Shown in pieces: positions 27,267 to 39,679 of a DNA stretch of 64,000 nt. Location: assembly GCA_003971905.1 (NCBI GenBank), contig RSEE01000123.1:62001-126000 (forward strand), given 5' to 3'. Both the position numbers and the translations under genes were made by a program. This DNA is from Moniliella sp. 'wahieum' (Eukaryota). The notes beneath the pieces were generated by a model, which did no database searches, was not told the origin of the DNA, and saw only the letters and a program-made list of their open reading frames with translations. Position 1 is the stretch's first letter. Every line of letters starts with the position of its first letter.

Positions 27267-28393
27267 CGAGTCAAAGCCATCTTGAGAGCAGAGAACCAGA
27301 GGTAGAGGCGCTGTTGGCCCGCCGGCTAATGCTCGCCTCCTTTGAGACTTGGGGGAGAGTACAAGCTCCGCTGGCCCGCCTGCCAACGTTCGCTCGCACG
27401 AATACCAGGGCTTGATGTGGACTAGAAGGGGATCGGCGCGCTCCGCTGGCCTGCCTGCCAGCGTTCGTCCGTCGCATCACGCTCCCCTTCACAAGGCATG
27501 CCCACATGCCTACTTGGTAGGATAAACACGGTAATTGGGCTTGCAGCCGTCGCCTCGCCTTATGGCGACCGGCGCTCCCACGCCCCATCCTCCTTATGCG
27601 CGTCCGCGCGCATCTCCTGGGCCTCCTCCCTCTCCGAGGGGGGACAGGAGTTAACCATCGAGAAAGAAGGAATAGAGCAACCGAAATTGACGTCACGGGC
27701 GAAGATCCTGAAAAAAAATTCGCCTTGAGCTGTTGAAAACCGTCGCGAGCGTCCGAGGGTCTTGAGTGGTCGAGGGTTGGACCTCACTTGGAGACGATGA
27801 GCTGGGGTCGAAACCGGTTGGCCATCAGGCCAGGCTCGAGTCGTCCATCGGGGAAGGGAATGAAATCACCTCGCGCGGGACTTGGAGGTAGAGCAGCCGG
27901 GTGAACGCGAGCGTCTTGAATCGTACGCCGACTGGTACTGCTTGATGCGCGAGTGGTGGTGATGGAAAGCAACCAATCCGGGCGCGCTATTGGACGCGAC
28001 CCAGAAACAAAAACAAACGAACCGAGGATAAAGTTTCAAGGCTGATCGAATTTGAAGCGGCAACGAGGGCAAGAAGCTGGCCAAGCCTCAGAGTCATCGG
28101 GAGCCGGGGAAACCATCGGGGGTGCAACGATTGGGGAGGGCCATCCAGGGCCTCGTCGCAACGGAGGGGAGAAAGCGGGAAAAGGGAAGAGCGCCTTGGC
28201 ATCGGGGACGACGAACGGGGGATGCGCTCAAGGACTGAGGGTGAAAAACGGGGAGGGCACGTCTGCCCAACGGGAGGGGAAACGGGAACGGGATGGGGAA
28301 ACGGGCCGACGACTTGCGCAGGCTTGAAAAGGGACCAGCCCAAAATAACGACGAACCTTGAGGACCTGCCTTGGGAACCCGGACCTTCCATTA

Positions 28394-29250
28394 TGTCACG
28401 GGCGGGCGCCGCCAGGGGCCCGCCCTGGGGTTTTTGGGGTACAATCCCTTAGGAGACGGAAGGACGACTCACGGTAGTTTCGGGCTTGGGCTGGTTGGTG
28501 TATCCGAGCGGAGCTAGGGACGAGGAGAGGCCTTTGGTGGGGCGGCTGCACGTGTGGCAAGGCTGCGTCTGCACCGGCTTGGGCCGTAGTAACGTGTCTG
28601 AAGCCTCCGGGACTTAGGGACGGGAGGAGGCAGCGGCGGACAAAACTGCCTTAACTGAGACTGGGAATCGCCGCGGCCAAAGGAGGGCTCGCGCGATGGG
28701 GTTGACGAAGGGCTGGAGGACGAGGTCGGAGGAGAAGTCGGACGCTAACAAGAAGAGCTGCCTGTACTGGATCAATTGGCTGGAAACGGGCAGGAGTCGG
28801 ACAGGGTAGGCGGGAAAGGGACGAAGGTGGAGACGAGAGATGACGAGAGTGGGGACGAGAATGGAAGGTGGGGGAAAAGATCCCCATCAACCAGGGGTAC
28901 AGGCAGGATCAAAAGGGAAACGGATACAAGAGGGGGTGTAGAAAGGAAGACATGTCAAAAGCGGGGTTGGTCGCCGCAGGCGCGACAGAGAAAGGAAACG
29001 GAAACGTGGACGGGACGGCAGATGCCGCCACGGCACTGGAAGCTCGGTGGCCTTATTTAGGCCGGCCGACTTGGACTTGGGCGGGGGGCGACTATTGTCG
29101 CGCGGAGCATGGCCCTTCGGCCACGATACTTGATTTAGCCAACCATCATCACACTTGGTTGGCCTGCGGAGCACGCTCTACTGGGCATGTGCGGAGCAGG
29201 CGGGCCTTAGCTTGGGTCGGACCATCTCGTGTCCGCCGCAGCCCGTGACA
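28394..29250 (-). repeat. 5' LTR (857 bp)
   Basis: Direct repeat of 26034-26892. The few differences I could see are mostly 1-bp indels in or near homopolymers. Confidence 0.95.
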
Positions 29251-29585
29251 GTAGGATCGGGTACCGCGGTTGCCGGTTGCCGGTTGCCGGTTACCGTGCA
29301 ACTATTACTGATTTGAACACAATCAGTCCACTTCCATTGCGCAAGTGGGGGGATTGCTACTATTGACACAGCTCTGCTCAGCAATGGTTACCGGTTAATG
29401 ATTAACGATTGAAAGTGTACGCTTGCTCGTTCCCACCGCACACCGACGGCAGAGGTCTTGTTGGAGCAGTACGGCGGTGCGGCGATGCGGCGTCCGCTCC
29501 TGCATCTGATTACCCGCCCCCATTGTACCGGACCTATCTGCATGATCAATGTGGTATGACCAATGCTCAACACCATCCGGCTTCC

Positions 29586-32431
29586 TCACTCTTGGAGGAA
29601 ACGGTGGGTACGCAGCCAAGTCTGGACATCGTGCCTACACGCACTGAGCCAGCGTTCCGAGCTGCGTACCATCTCCACCGCCCGGTCCCCGGGGGTTCCA
29701 GCAGGGTGGCGTTGGAGGAAGACCATGAGGCGAGGGAGGTGGGAAGGGCCAAGGGAGGCAAATGCAGTGGTGACCAGACGGGGCCAGAGGAAGCCAGTGC
29801 CCAAGCGTGCGTGCAGGCCGGGCCAATGCGCCTGCACCGCGTGCGCCAATAACGTGCGCAGCGCAGTGGGTTGCAACGCCATATACCCACACGCTCCCAA
29901 GACCTCGGTATCGGTCAAGCTCGGCAGCGGCGCCTCGGTCCCTCCTGCCTCCCCTAATGGCGCCGACGGAGCCGCAAACGAGGGTTCCTGGAACCGGCCA
30001 AAGACGAGATTGATGGTGCGTTGCATGCACCCAGCGTCGCGCGTCGCGGTGATTCCCGCCATGGCCGCATCGCGATGCGCCGGCGTGGGCGGAGCCAAGA
30101 AAATGCGCAGGACTTGGTCCCATTCAGCTGGACCGCCATACCGTACCGAAGCCATGTAAATCGTGCTTAGCAACACATCTGGTACACCACACTTCCCTCC
30201 CTCGGCCGCTGGGCCCTGCACTTGCACAAACAACTGCTTCATCTGCTGCACCGTACTGGCTTCCCCGGCCATCGCAGCTCCGGCGATACACTGGGCCCGA
30301 AATGCACATATAGAGGGTATCGGTTAGCTACCATCCGGACCAACAAGCACGCTTGCCCCATCCACACGTACCATGAACCGCATCTGAAGTGTTTCCTGCG
30401 AATCGTGTGCACGGGGCCACATCCCCAGCGAGGCCAACTTGCGCTGATAAAACGTCGCGGCGGCCGCATGCAGTGCGGATTGGACCGAATCTGGTTCTTC
30501 GTAAAACAAGCTGGCCAGTTGGGTGAACACTGAGGTGGCCTGCACCAGCACGGGCATCGAATCGTCCTGCACCAATGCCATCAGAAGAGAGAGCAGTGCC
30601 GACGTTTCTCCCACCCCGGCCTGAGCCAGGGCAAAGCAGTCGTCCAGCATCCGTGCGCGATCGAGCGTGTCCAGCGCCCCGGTTTGCAGATGCGGAAGCA
30701 GCTCTTGCAGCAGAGGCGTGGCGTACCGCACCCGGTAAAACCCGCTGGACGACGCATTGAGAATCCACGATGTTGAGCTGGACACCTCGGGCAAATCAAA
30801 GGTCTGCTCGGCCTTCCACTCCAGCGCAAGAGTACGCGAGAGCGATGAGGGAGGAAGCCCCTGCCCCTCGGCAGAAACGGCCTTTAGGAAGAGCGGCACA
30901 AACCAGGTCGGGGATGGGTCGGCGGTAGTGCCATCGGAAAAGAACCGTTGTTGCCGAACGGTGAGATGGCGGCGACTCGGGTCCAAGGTAACCAATAGGA
31001 CTGGGTACCCTTCTTGATCTGTCCACCCTTCCACCATCTTTGCCACGTCAACGTGCGCTGCCTCCCCCAGAGCAGCCCACAGCTCTTTGGAACTGGCTGT
31101 ACCAAGTGCATGGCGGCGAAGGAACAGCGTCGCGCCCTTGAGAAACACGGGGAGGGTGATCATCTGGGCTACCATGCGGAGAAGACAGGCGCCTTTACTG
31201 TAACTGATAGCGTCAAAGGTTTGGTGCACTTCGAGAGGCGAGACGGTATGCAGGGCTCGGTGGACAACAGGATGGGTGGTGTGGAGTGCATCCAACTCCG
31301 CGCGGGAGCGGTGGTGTGACACAAACGTTTCCTCTGCCTTGCTCTCTGGTATCAAAGCCGAGAGAGCCAGCACTTCCCGAGGTAGGTAGCGCTGCCCTCG
31401 TTGCACCACAACTCGCTAAAATCCTTCATGGTCACCAAGTTGCCCCATCCACATTCGTGAGCGCACTCGTGCACGATGGTGCGTGCGCGGCCGGAGAGGT
31501 CAGGGCCAAGCCGGTCAGGGTCAAGCAGAAGAACTTGTTCCTGTGCCACCACCAGACCCCAATTCTCCATCCCCCTCACTTCCAGGTTGCTACAGGCCAA
31601 CAGGTCCAGTTTGGGAAGAAGGTACGCCACACCTACCATCTTTTCCAACTGAGCCATACTGCGCGCAGCCAGCTGCGCAGCCCACTGCCCGTGTCGCCCC
31701 ACATTGGCCGTCTTGGGGCCTAATACGCGGATGGGCACAGTGTTACCAGAGAGGGACGTGTAGCTGCTCTCGGCCTGGTCCAACGCGCCCACGGCCCAGG
31801 CCACAAGGTAGGTTGGCATACGTGGCGTGGGGAGAAAGGCGTGTGAGACCCAGGCCCCCCGTGTGAGAAATTCCAGCCCATCAAAGTCGAGCTGGTGGGC
31901 CAACTGGAGTGCAGGATCCTCCCCCTCGGTGCTAGAGGAGACATCGTGTTGTTCGTCCAAGGGCATGTTGGATACGGCGTTGACCGCTTGACTATGCACA
32001 ATCCGCACGGCGAAGATGGCCTTGGCATCGGGCCGGTCGATGCAAGGAAAGGCACGCCGAGCTCCGAAGGGCTGGAATTGCGTTACTGCAATGTGGTCAG
32101 GGTACGCACCGATGTCAGAACCAGAGCTAGTGGCCGCCTCAGCGCTTATTGTGCTGGAAAGGTAGAAACCTTCTGGGAGCGTGGTGAGGGCCGAGCAGAA
32201 GGCGAGAGACCCACACTTTGCCCACCATGGGTGTGGGGAACGTGATGGCCACGCCACCGTCGAGCGCATGCGTAGGAACACGGTACGAAGATGTCTGTTC
32301 TTGGCCCTCAGCACGGTACACGGCGGTGCTGCTAGTGCGCAAATTGGACCCGACGTCCAACACCAGCTTCTCCCTCCCTCAGCCAGCTCGACGAAGAGGT
32401 GGAGGGTGCCGCCAAACTGCGGCTGCGCGCC
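29586..32431 (-). CDS. M1 family zinc aminopeptidase (Ape2/Aap1/puromycin-sensitive-like), frameshifted
   Basis: P.RYEL N-terminus, VTQFQPFGARRAFPCIDRPDAKAIF, TPRMPTYLVAWAVG, YLLPKLDL, (R)GMENWGL, HECAH...GNLVTM...LWCNEG, FDAISYSKGACLLRM, W..QEGYPVL, and an ERAP1_C-like tail (SGFYRVRY, LDRARMLDDCFALAQAG). Confidence 0.93.
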
Positions 32432-33400
32432 GAGAGCCGCGCAGATCGTCAGCTCGTACCGCAGCGGCAGGATGGATGGTGGTGTGGCCATGGCGAGGAG
32501 GTGGCTAGAGGGGCGGGTGGTTGGCCGTCGTCGGTGGGTCTCAAGAGGTGTGGCTGGATGGGGCTGGAGGACTGGCATGGATATGCTGCTGCTATTCAGT
32601 GGATGCAGTGGGGTGGCACTGGCCCTGCCTCGCTCGGCGCCGCCGCGGCCCGCAAGGCACTGCCGGACTGTTTCGGGAGGGGGCACGGCGGCAGTGTTGG
32701 CTTGCCTTTTATGTCTTTTCGACTCTCGCCACGCATATGGCCACAACGCTCTTATACGGGGGGGCGACGAGGCCGGAGATGAACACGGTAAGGGCGTGAA
32801 GGAAGCGCCGTGGCGTGTACCTCGTATGCTCGTATGAACGTCCCGCTGGACGCTGAACCCCATAGCTGCCCCAGCAGAGTATCAGTTTGGTGAATTCATC
32901 GTCCCCACCATCACAGCCCTACATCATGCATGATTTGCATTATCAATGGCAATGTTTTTCGTCATCACATACGTGTGATGAGATCTGCTCTGAGATCTGA
33001 ACAGAGAACATTGCTAAGATGCCCATTCAAAGTCAGCCCTGGCCCTGGCAACAAAAAGTTGAACCATCGCTTCGCTAATGGCGACATGTGTTTGGCTCTG
33101 AACATTGGGAAGAAGAAACATGGCGCTCGTAAACGTTAGCACCATGCCAACATGAGAGCTGTGTGCGAAAGTCATTTTGGGTAATTATAGACGTATCGAG
33201 GAGAGAGATAGCCAGAAACAGGGGACATGATCGGGCTGTCCATGTGAGAGACGCTTGGGGTGTTGAATGGCAGAAGACATGAACGTTGTGAATCTTTTGG
33301 TTGACTAGGGTCACAGTATAAGGGACAGGATGATATGATCAGCACAGCAGGTGTTTTGTTTTGACGAGAGAAGCTGAGGGTTGTAGGCATATACACTTCT

Positions 33401-34567
33401 TCATCGCAACAGGATACAACACATTGAACATGTATAATGCTTAAAATCGTGACGTTGAAGTCTCCAAGGTGACCCCCGCTTCATAAGTGGGAGGAGTGAA
33501 CCAGCGCTCCCAGGTCTCGAGAGCAGCCACAGCACCTTTGAGAACTGTTCTCCCTGTTGGACCGAACAACCCCCAGGGGGGTGGAGGCAGCTGAGTGGGG
33601 AGACGGGGCTGCTTTCGAGGAGCTTCCTCTGAGGAAGTTTGGGGAGATGAGCAGGAAAATACATTGTTTGGAGTGGACGAAGAAGAGGGGGTATTGGTTC
33701 CCGTCTCGTGCCCCTGACCCCATTCGTCCTACTGGCCTCTTCTGGTGATCTGTACTCGCTCCCAGCCTCTCCACCGACCATGGCCAGATCAATAGACAAT
33801 GGGATACCCAGCCCGATGCGAGTCAGTTGAAGGCAAAGACGAAACCGGCCACAAATGTCAAAGTAGGGCAGCTGGCGCAAGACAGCCTGGATCTCGTAAG
33901 CCCGCGCCAGCTGGACTGGCACAATCGAAATGTACTTTTGTCCCGAAAGAAGGAGATCACGGAGATGATGCAAGTAACTTTCGATCTGCTCCGCTACTTC
34001 ATCCTCCAGCTCCAGCCCCATACTTTCATTCAGGGACTGGATCACGGCTCGAACCAGCTCAAACTCCCCCTGCATGAAATGTCTCCAAGCGTTGCGTATT
34101 GCCTCATGGACTGTCGTGTTGTCCACCCCGCTCGGACGACTGTACCCTCCATCCTGCTCTCGTGCGTTCGCGACCACGTCGCTGTACCCAAGCATGTCAT
34201 ACAGCATCCTTGATTCGGGCAAGGACAAGGTCTGGTACGCGCAAGACACCTTTTGGAATGCTAGCGTCGAGGACGGGTAGTCGGGGAACTTGCTGTGGAT
34301 ATAGAGTGAACAAAAGCAAAGTGAGCTCATTTGTCAAGAGAAGGGGGGGGGGGGGTACAGGTGTACCCCATCAGGGTATGGAGAGAATTTTGGCGACGAG
34401 AGGAAATACACGTACTCGGGATGACAGCACCGACTTCGAACCAAAAACCCACGCCGGATCTCCTCCATGGCCGCGTTCCGCCCCACCCCTAGCAATGCGT
34501 ACAGGTTCGTTTCGGCCAGCAAGGACTCCATCTCGGCTGCCTTGGCTCTCCGAACGTCGTCCTCCAT
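33401..34567 (-). CDS. J-domain (DnaJ/Hsp40 class C) protein
   Basis: NLYALLGVGRNAAMEEIRRGFLVRSRCCHPD|KFPDYPSSTLAFQKVSCAYQTLSLPESRMLYD. The HPD motif is restored by splicing intron 34415-34293 (GTACGT...CACAG). The 3' end is uncertain (33401 or 33481). Confidence 0.9.
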
Positions 34568-36585
34568 GGTGAGAGAGGAAGGAGAGAGAGGGAATAAAGG
34601 TGACGGCGAAGCCAGGGTGCGGCCTGGGTGGTGCACAATTCAATGCGCCACTGGCAGTAAGGCCTCTATGGAGGAGGAAGCGTGGGCGGTTGTCGCTGAT
34701 TGGGATTCAGGCAGGGGCAAGGGTCAGTGGCTGACGTGCTTTGCAGCTATGCCACTCCTCGGCGAGGGGCCCATAATGGCAGGCCCGCCGCAGGTTGTAG
34801 GGGGATGGAAGACGTACAGATATCTTTTTTTGCGGGTAGTTGGCGGTTGTGCGGACTGTGAGCGAAATGCAAGGATGGCGGTGGGCCATCGACGGCCCCC
34901 TTGAGCTGCCTTAAGCTGACGACGAGGGAGGGGGTCTCTTCCACGCAAGCCCACCCACTACAAGCAATCGTTAATCTTCGACCTGTCAACAAGGCGTTTG
35001 CGGTGCTTGGTGTGCGCCCCCGCAGCAAATCCATTGTTTCTCCTGGTACGTGATCTTTCCGGTTCACTGTCGAATGTGTTCATCGTTGTTGAAGTTCAAC
35101 GTTTATCACGTTCATCGACCATCCCCGTCCTGCCTCTGGCCCCGGTGCTAGGGTTTTCCTGCGCGCTCCAAGAGGTAGGGTTAACCCTAGGTTAGGCTAA
35201 GTTGGCCCGCCCATACCGTTACGCCACACACCCTCTCACAGCAGCGCTTTTTGGCCTCCTATTCTCGGTGGCTGCGATCGCGAGCTTGCTTGCCTTGAAT
35301 CCCGTCTTTCCTGGCAGCTTTCGATCTCATTGCAGACCACGAGGTCCACGACAAGCAAGTGTATTCCTTCAGGATGCCACCGAAAACAAGCATCCCAAAC
35401 GTTTTGATTATGTTGAAGGAAGAGAGAGCTGTGTGTGAAGCGTGGGTGAGGGAGAGTTCGCTGTCATCGATGAAGACTGTGGGCCAAGTTGGGGAAACAG
35501 TAGACACGGATGAATTCGACTGCGCATCAAAGCCAGAACGGACTCGACAGACATGATGAATGCGCACGGCCGCTCCTACGCCGCATAGCCCCTTTGCATA
35601 TATGCATCCTACCAACGCCTTCGGTTGTAGTACCCAGGCTCTGGCACCACACAGTAAGGCCGGTTCCCGGATGACACTGGACTACACTGGCTGTCCTTTC
35701 ACCCCAACAATCATTCCATCCACCCAGAGAGCAAGCACTACGTCGTAAGAACACCTACTGCGCCAGAGAGGCCCGCCTAGGGGGCCCGTGGAGGGAGAAC
35801 CCATGCCATCACAGTATGCGCGTACCAGTAATAACAGTGCATACTAACCCTTTTGCGGGGGAATGGATACGAATACCTTCCAACATGGCTGGGTGAACCT
35901 AGCGACCCCTTTTCGGCAGAGCGATGAGGTTACTTTGCGCCTATTTTCTTCATTGTCCGTCACGATCAAAACACCGGCGAAAAGGAGGTCAACCGGTGAC
36001 GCACACGCCAAGAGGAGACCCACGCTTTGGGCGGGCAACCACCGGGTTATTGTTGGATGGGCTCGGTTGGGTCCCATCCCTGCTGCTGCTGAGGCTCATG
36101 GCATGGGTGGTTGGCACCTGAAGGGCTGTCAGACGCTCTGACGAGCGGGCCGCAATCGGACTGTGTCCGAGGAAAGGGTGGAGAGAGGGAGGGGAGACCG
36201 GCACACATGCAACCCTAGCACGCCCAGCCGCACGGCGCCAGTGTCGCTGCTCCAACCCTGGCCGAGGCTGGCTGGGCGATGCGTGCACCGCCTCGGTTGG
36301 GCGCACCGTCGCTCTTTCCCACCACCACCACCACCTTTCTCCACCTTCTTCCGCTGTCCCCAGTGTCACGCTGGCGCGGGCCCATTTGCGTCTTCTATAA
36401 CCCCTCCTTCGCTCCGCGCCTGCCTTCTACCCAGCCCTCCCACCGCCACCGCCACTCCCATCGTCCCGTTCTCCCGTCGACGCGCCCACACCGCGTCCCC
36501 TCCTCGACGCGTCGTGGCTGGCGCGTTAGCCCCGTGACCTCCGCGCCAACCCGCTTCTTACCGCCTTCCACCCTTCTGTACATCC

Positions 36586-39312
36586 ATGACAGATCACTCT
36601 CCACCCCTTCCACCACTATCACCAGCATATCTTTGCCCGACGGCCGTCCGGTTCGTGTCAATGGTAAGTCCATGCTGAGCGCCTATATAGCGCGTGCAGT
36701 GAGCAATGCGTTGCGGCCAGGTTTCCGTTATTCGTCTATGATTGCTATGTGCTTTTCCACTGCTTCGTAAATCGTTTTCAAACTCAGCAGGGAGGATACT
36801 AACGTACTGCCTCTCATCAGATTACGTCTACCTCACCTCCCCTTGGAACGCAGGGGACCCCTATGTGATTGGCCGTGTCATTGAGTTTACCCAGTTACCA
36901 GATCGGGTGGTGAACTACAAATCGCTTTCACTTGCAGACGTCTCAGGAACACCGAAGGAGAGTTCACTCTATGCCCGCGTTAACACCTTCCTCCGCCCGC
37001 GGGACATTGGGGTTCGGTGTTCTCAGGACCCCCGTCTGCTCATTGCTACAATGACCGCCGACCTGTACACGGTCGATAGCATTCGTGGACTGTGCCAGGT
37101 CTCCCATCGCGACTGGATCATTACCCGCGCCTCGGTTGCAAACCCAACGACGAAGAAGTATTCGGTCGACTATGATCCATCGCTCACGGCCTGGCGCAAC
37201 CAGGAACATCATTTCTTCTTTTTCCAACTCTATGAGCGCTACGCCCACAAACTCTTTGACATTCTCCCCACGGAGAGTGTCACAAATGCCCCGCCTTCCG
37301 TGCTGGACGCTCTACGGACACGGTATTCATTTGTCATCACGGAGGCCAATGGCGTAGCTGGGCTGACCAACCCGGTCCGCATGTGTGACGAGTGCGCCGA
37401 CTGGATCCCAACCAATGATGCGGTCCAGTGTGATGCGTGCAAAAAGCATTGGCACCTCGACTGCATCACCCCGCGGCTGACTTTTCATCCGATGAAGGTG
37501 CGCGGCTATCGCTGGACCTGCGCCCATGCAATCGCATACATGAAGAGCAGGTCCACACCGAAATGGTCAGCGATACGCCCATTGCCGACCTGGGACGCTC
37601 TTCCCGCTCGCGCCAGAGTAAACCTGGTATGTTCTCTTTCATTAACAACATGAACTGCTAGACTCACCTTCTCTCTCTTTCCATCGCAGTCGTTCTTTTT
37701 GGCAGCGCACAGGACAAACTTGCTATGAGCTCCCATAGCCACAAGAACGAGAAACGCTCGTCGCTGAGTAAATCGAGAAAAAACAAGGAGGTCCCTCCTC
37801 CTATCGAACCTGCCCCTCCTCCGACTCATGTACTGCACACTTGGGAGGACTTCCCCTTCGCTATTTTGGCCTCAACTCATCCATTGACTCCGTCACTGAT
37901 GAGATGGACTGGCCTTACCCCGTCTCCGACCACCGCATCGGGCCCAAGTTTCAGCACACTGTACCTAGCTGGGAAGATCAGGTCCATGGGGGCTGGGCCA
38001 GCTTGAGCCTGAGGGGGGTCGGCTGAGCTCCGAGGAGCGGACAGGGGAAGCAACAAGTGTTACGACAACATCTAATTCACTCCCTCATTCTTTGCGTGGT
38101 TCTCCGCCATCCAGCAAACGGAGGTCTACCCCTCCTTCGGATGGCGAGGGGCGCATCGCGAAACGGAACAAGGTCAAACCTTTGGCGGAGGAAGAGGCCC
38201 CAATTCCGTCAGGCTTGCCTGCCGTGACATTGGAGCCCATGGAGCCCCCACCCGTTACATACGCATCTGTGCTTCAACTTCTCCATGAGGCATCCGAGGC
38301 AATCAAGGCCATCGATGGGGAGACCATTCAGGCATCCGATGAGGAGGCTATTCTTCCCTGAACCTAAGCCTAGGCCATTCTCGAAGCGGTCAGGTGCAAG
38401 CAACTCTCCTCTTCCCGACCTCTTACCCGACCAATCCGATTTGCCAGTGCGGGGTGGCGATGAGACGGTGGAGCGGATCTTTTCCCCCTCATTGCAAATC
38501 CCTGATGCCACAGTCGACGCCTACCTTGATAAAGTGCGTCGCCACACTTACTCCTGGAAGACAGGGTCGTATGATGTGGATGTGATGGATCTAGCCTTGG
38601 CTCAGCTAGCCCCACCCCGACTCGCCGCAACATGCATTTAAGCAGTTCTGCCTTCTCAAGCCGTCGGACATGCGAATTGTTGCCTGGTCTAACCAAGGAC
38701 AAGACTGCTTTGGAGCGGGCGGCACAAACGTCGCTCAATCTCGAACTTCTAAAGAACACCTTCCCCTCTCGCTCAACGGGATCCATTGTGCGCGCCTTCT
38801 ACCTTGCCCGCAACGCGAAATACCACACTGTGTGGTCTGCGTTACGAGACGGCGACGCTACCGTTGCCGACATTATCGATCGTCCAAGCACGCTTCTTCG
38901 CAGCCTACCCATCTCCCTCTCCCTTTACCCGACGGACCCGAAGGGGATCGAATGCAGCAACTGCCATGTCGCTCGCTCAGTCTATTGGTTAAAGGGACCA
39001 CTGGAGGGCAATCTCCCCCTCTGTGCGGTCTGTGGGCTGCTCTGGCGCTGCTATGCCGACAAGCCCACAGAGAGTGAGGCTGCTAGTCGGCGCGTACCCA
39101 TGTCCCATGTCCTGCTGATCGAAGGCGGGCTGGGGCCGATGCCACACACCTTTAAGCCACCACGGGAGAAGGGACGCAAGTCGGGCGGGTCCAAGTCCAA
39201 GTCGTTGGGCAGTCGAGAGCGTAAGAACGCTCGGTCCACTGGGCGTAACAGCAGCTCTTCCCGCTCTCCCCTGAACCAACAACCAGTACCGAGGCCGAAC
39301 GCGCAGCTCTAG
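36586..39312 (+). CDS. SNT2: Snt2-like chromatin protein (BAH, PHD, ELM2, SANT, GATA-like Zn finger), frameshifted
   Basis: BAH: VRVN|DYVYLTSPWNAGDPYVIGRVIEF...FLRPRDI...DPRLLIATM...IRGLCQVSH...FFFFQLYERY (intron 36664-36820). PHD: CDECADW...VQCDACKKHWHLDC...YRWTC. ELM2-like: YFG...RIGPKFQHTVP. Zn finger: CSNC...W.KGP...LCAVCGLLWRCYA. Confidence 0.8.
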
Positions 39313-39679
39313 TCCCTGCCTGCCCCTTGCCGTGGCGACCCACCTCGTATACCTGACCCTTCTCCTGTTCGTCCCGCTCACCATCTGCTCCCTTTTCCTC
39401 CAACCCCGTCTAAATTCCCCGCACTCCAGGGCCCACGGCGCACGCCCTTCTACACCTCCACGCCTGCTTCCACCACATGGCCTGCTACATTGGGGTTTGG
39501 CGGGGGCGCTGCCTCCCGTTACAACAATCTCTCTCAACACCTATGGGCCCTTGTGTCAGACTGGCATGTCGCGTATCTGCTGAACATTCTATTCCTGAAA
39601 GGAGCACCTGAGTAGGAACGGCTCGTAGTGAGCATAGAAACGAAAAGATCATCGAGGAAAGTGCGTTGGTGATTGGGGC

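Larger units (their letters stand above)
26034..29250 (-). mobile_element. Non-autonomous LTR retroelement (Ty3/Gypsy, Tf1/sushi-like self-priming type)
   Basis: Two near-identical direct repeats (26034-26892, 28394-29250), each bounded by TGTCACGGGC...GCCCGTGACA. Minus-strand PBS AATGGAAGGT lies 1 nt from the 5' LTR. Minus-strand PPT GAAGAGGAG(CGTAA) abuts the 3' LTR. The 1.5-kb interior has no recognisable gag/RT/IN motifs. Confidence 0.9.

Noticed and set aside
26031..29248. Duplicated ORFs (e.g. 26510-26890 and 28868-29248) as a tandem gene duplication
   Set aside because: They lie within the two LTR copies and show no protein features.
31410..31475. Unusual HExxH-X19-E zinc-ligand spacing in the aminopeptidase
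   Set aside because: CAC GAA TGT GGA TGG GGC AAC becomes the canonical-like H-M-W-M-G-N (X18 spacing) on removing three bases, so it is most likely local insertion error.
34371..34425. J-domain with HPE instead of HPD
   Set aside because: An intron splits the codon (GA|C); the spliced product has HPD.
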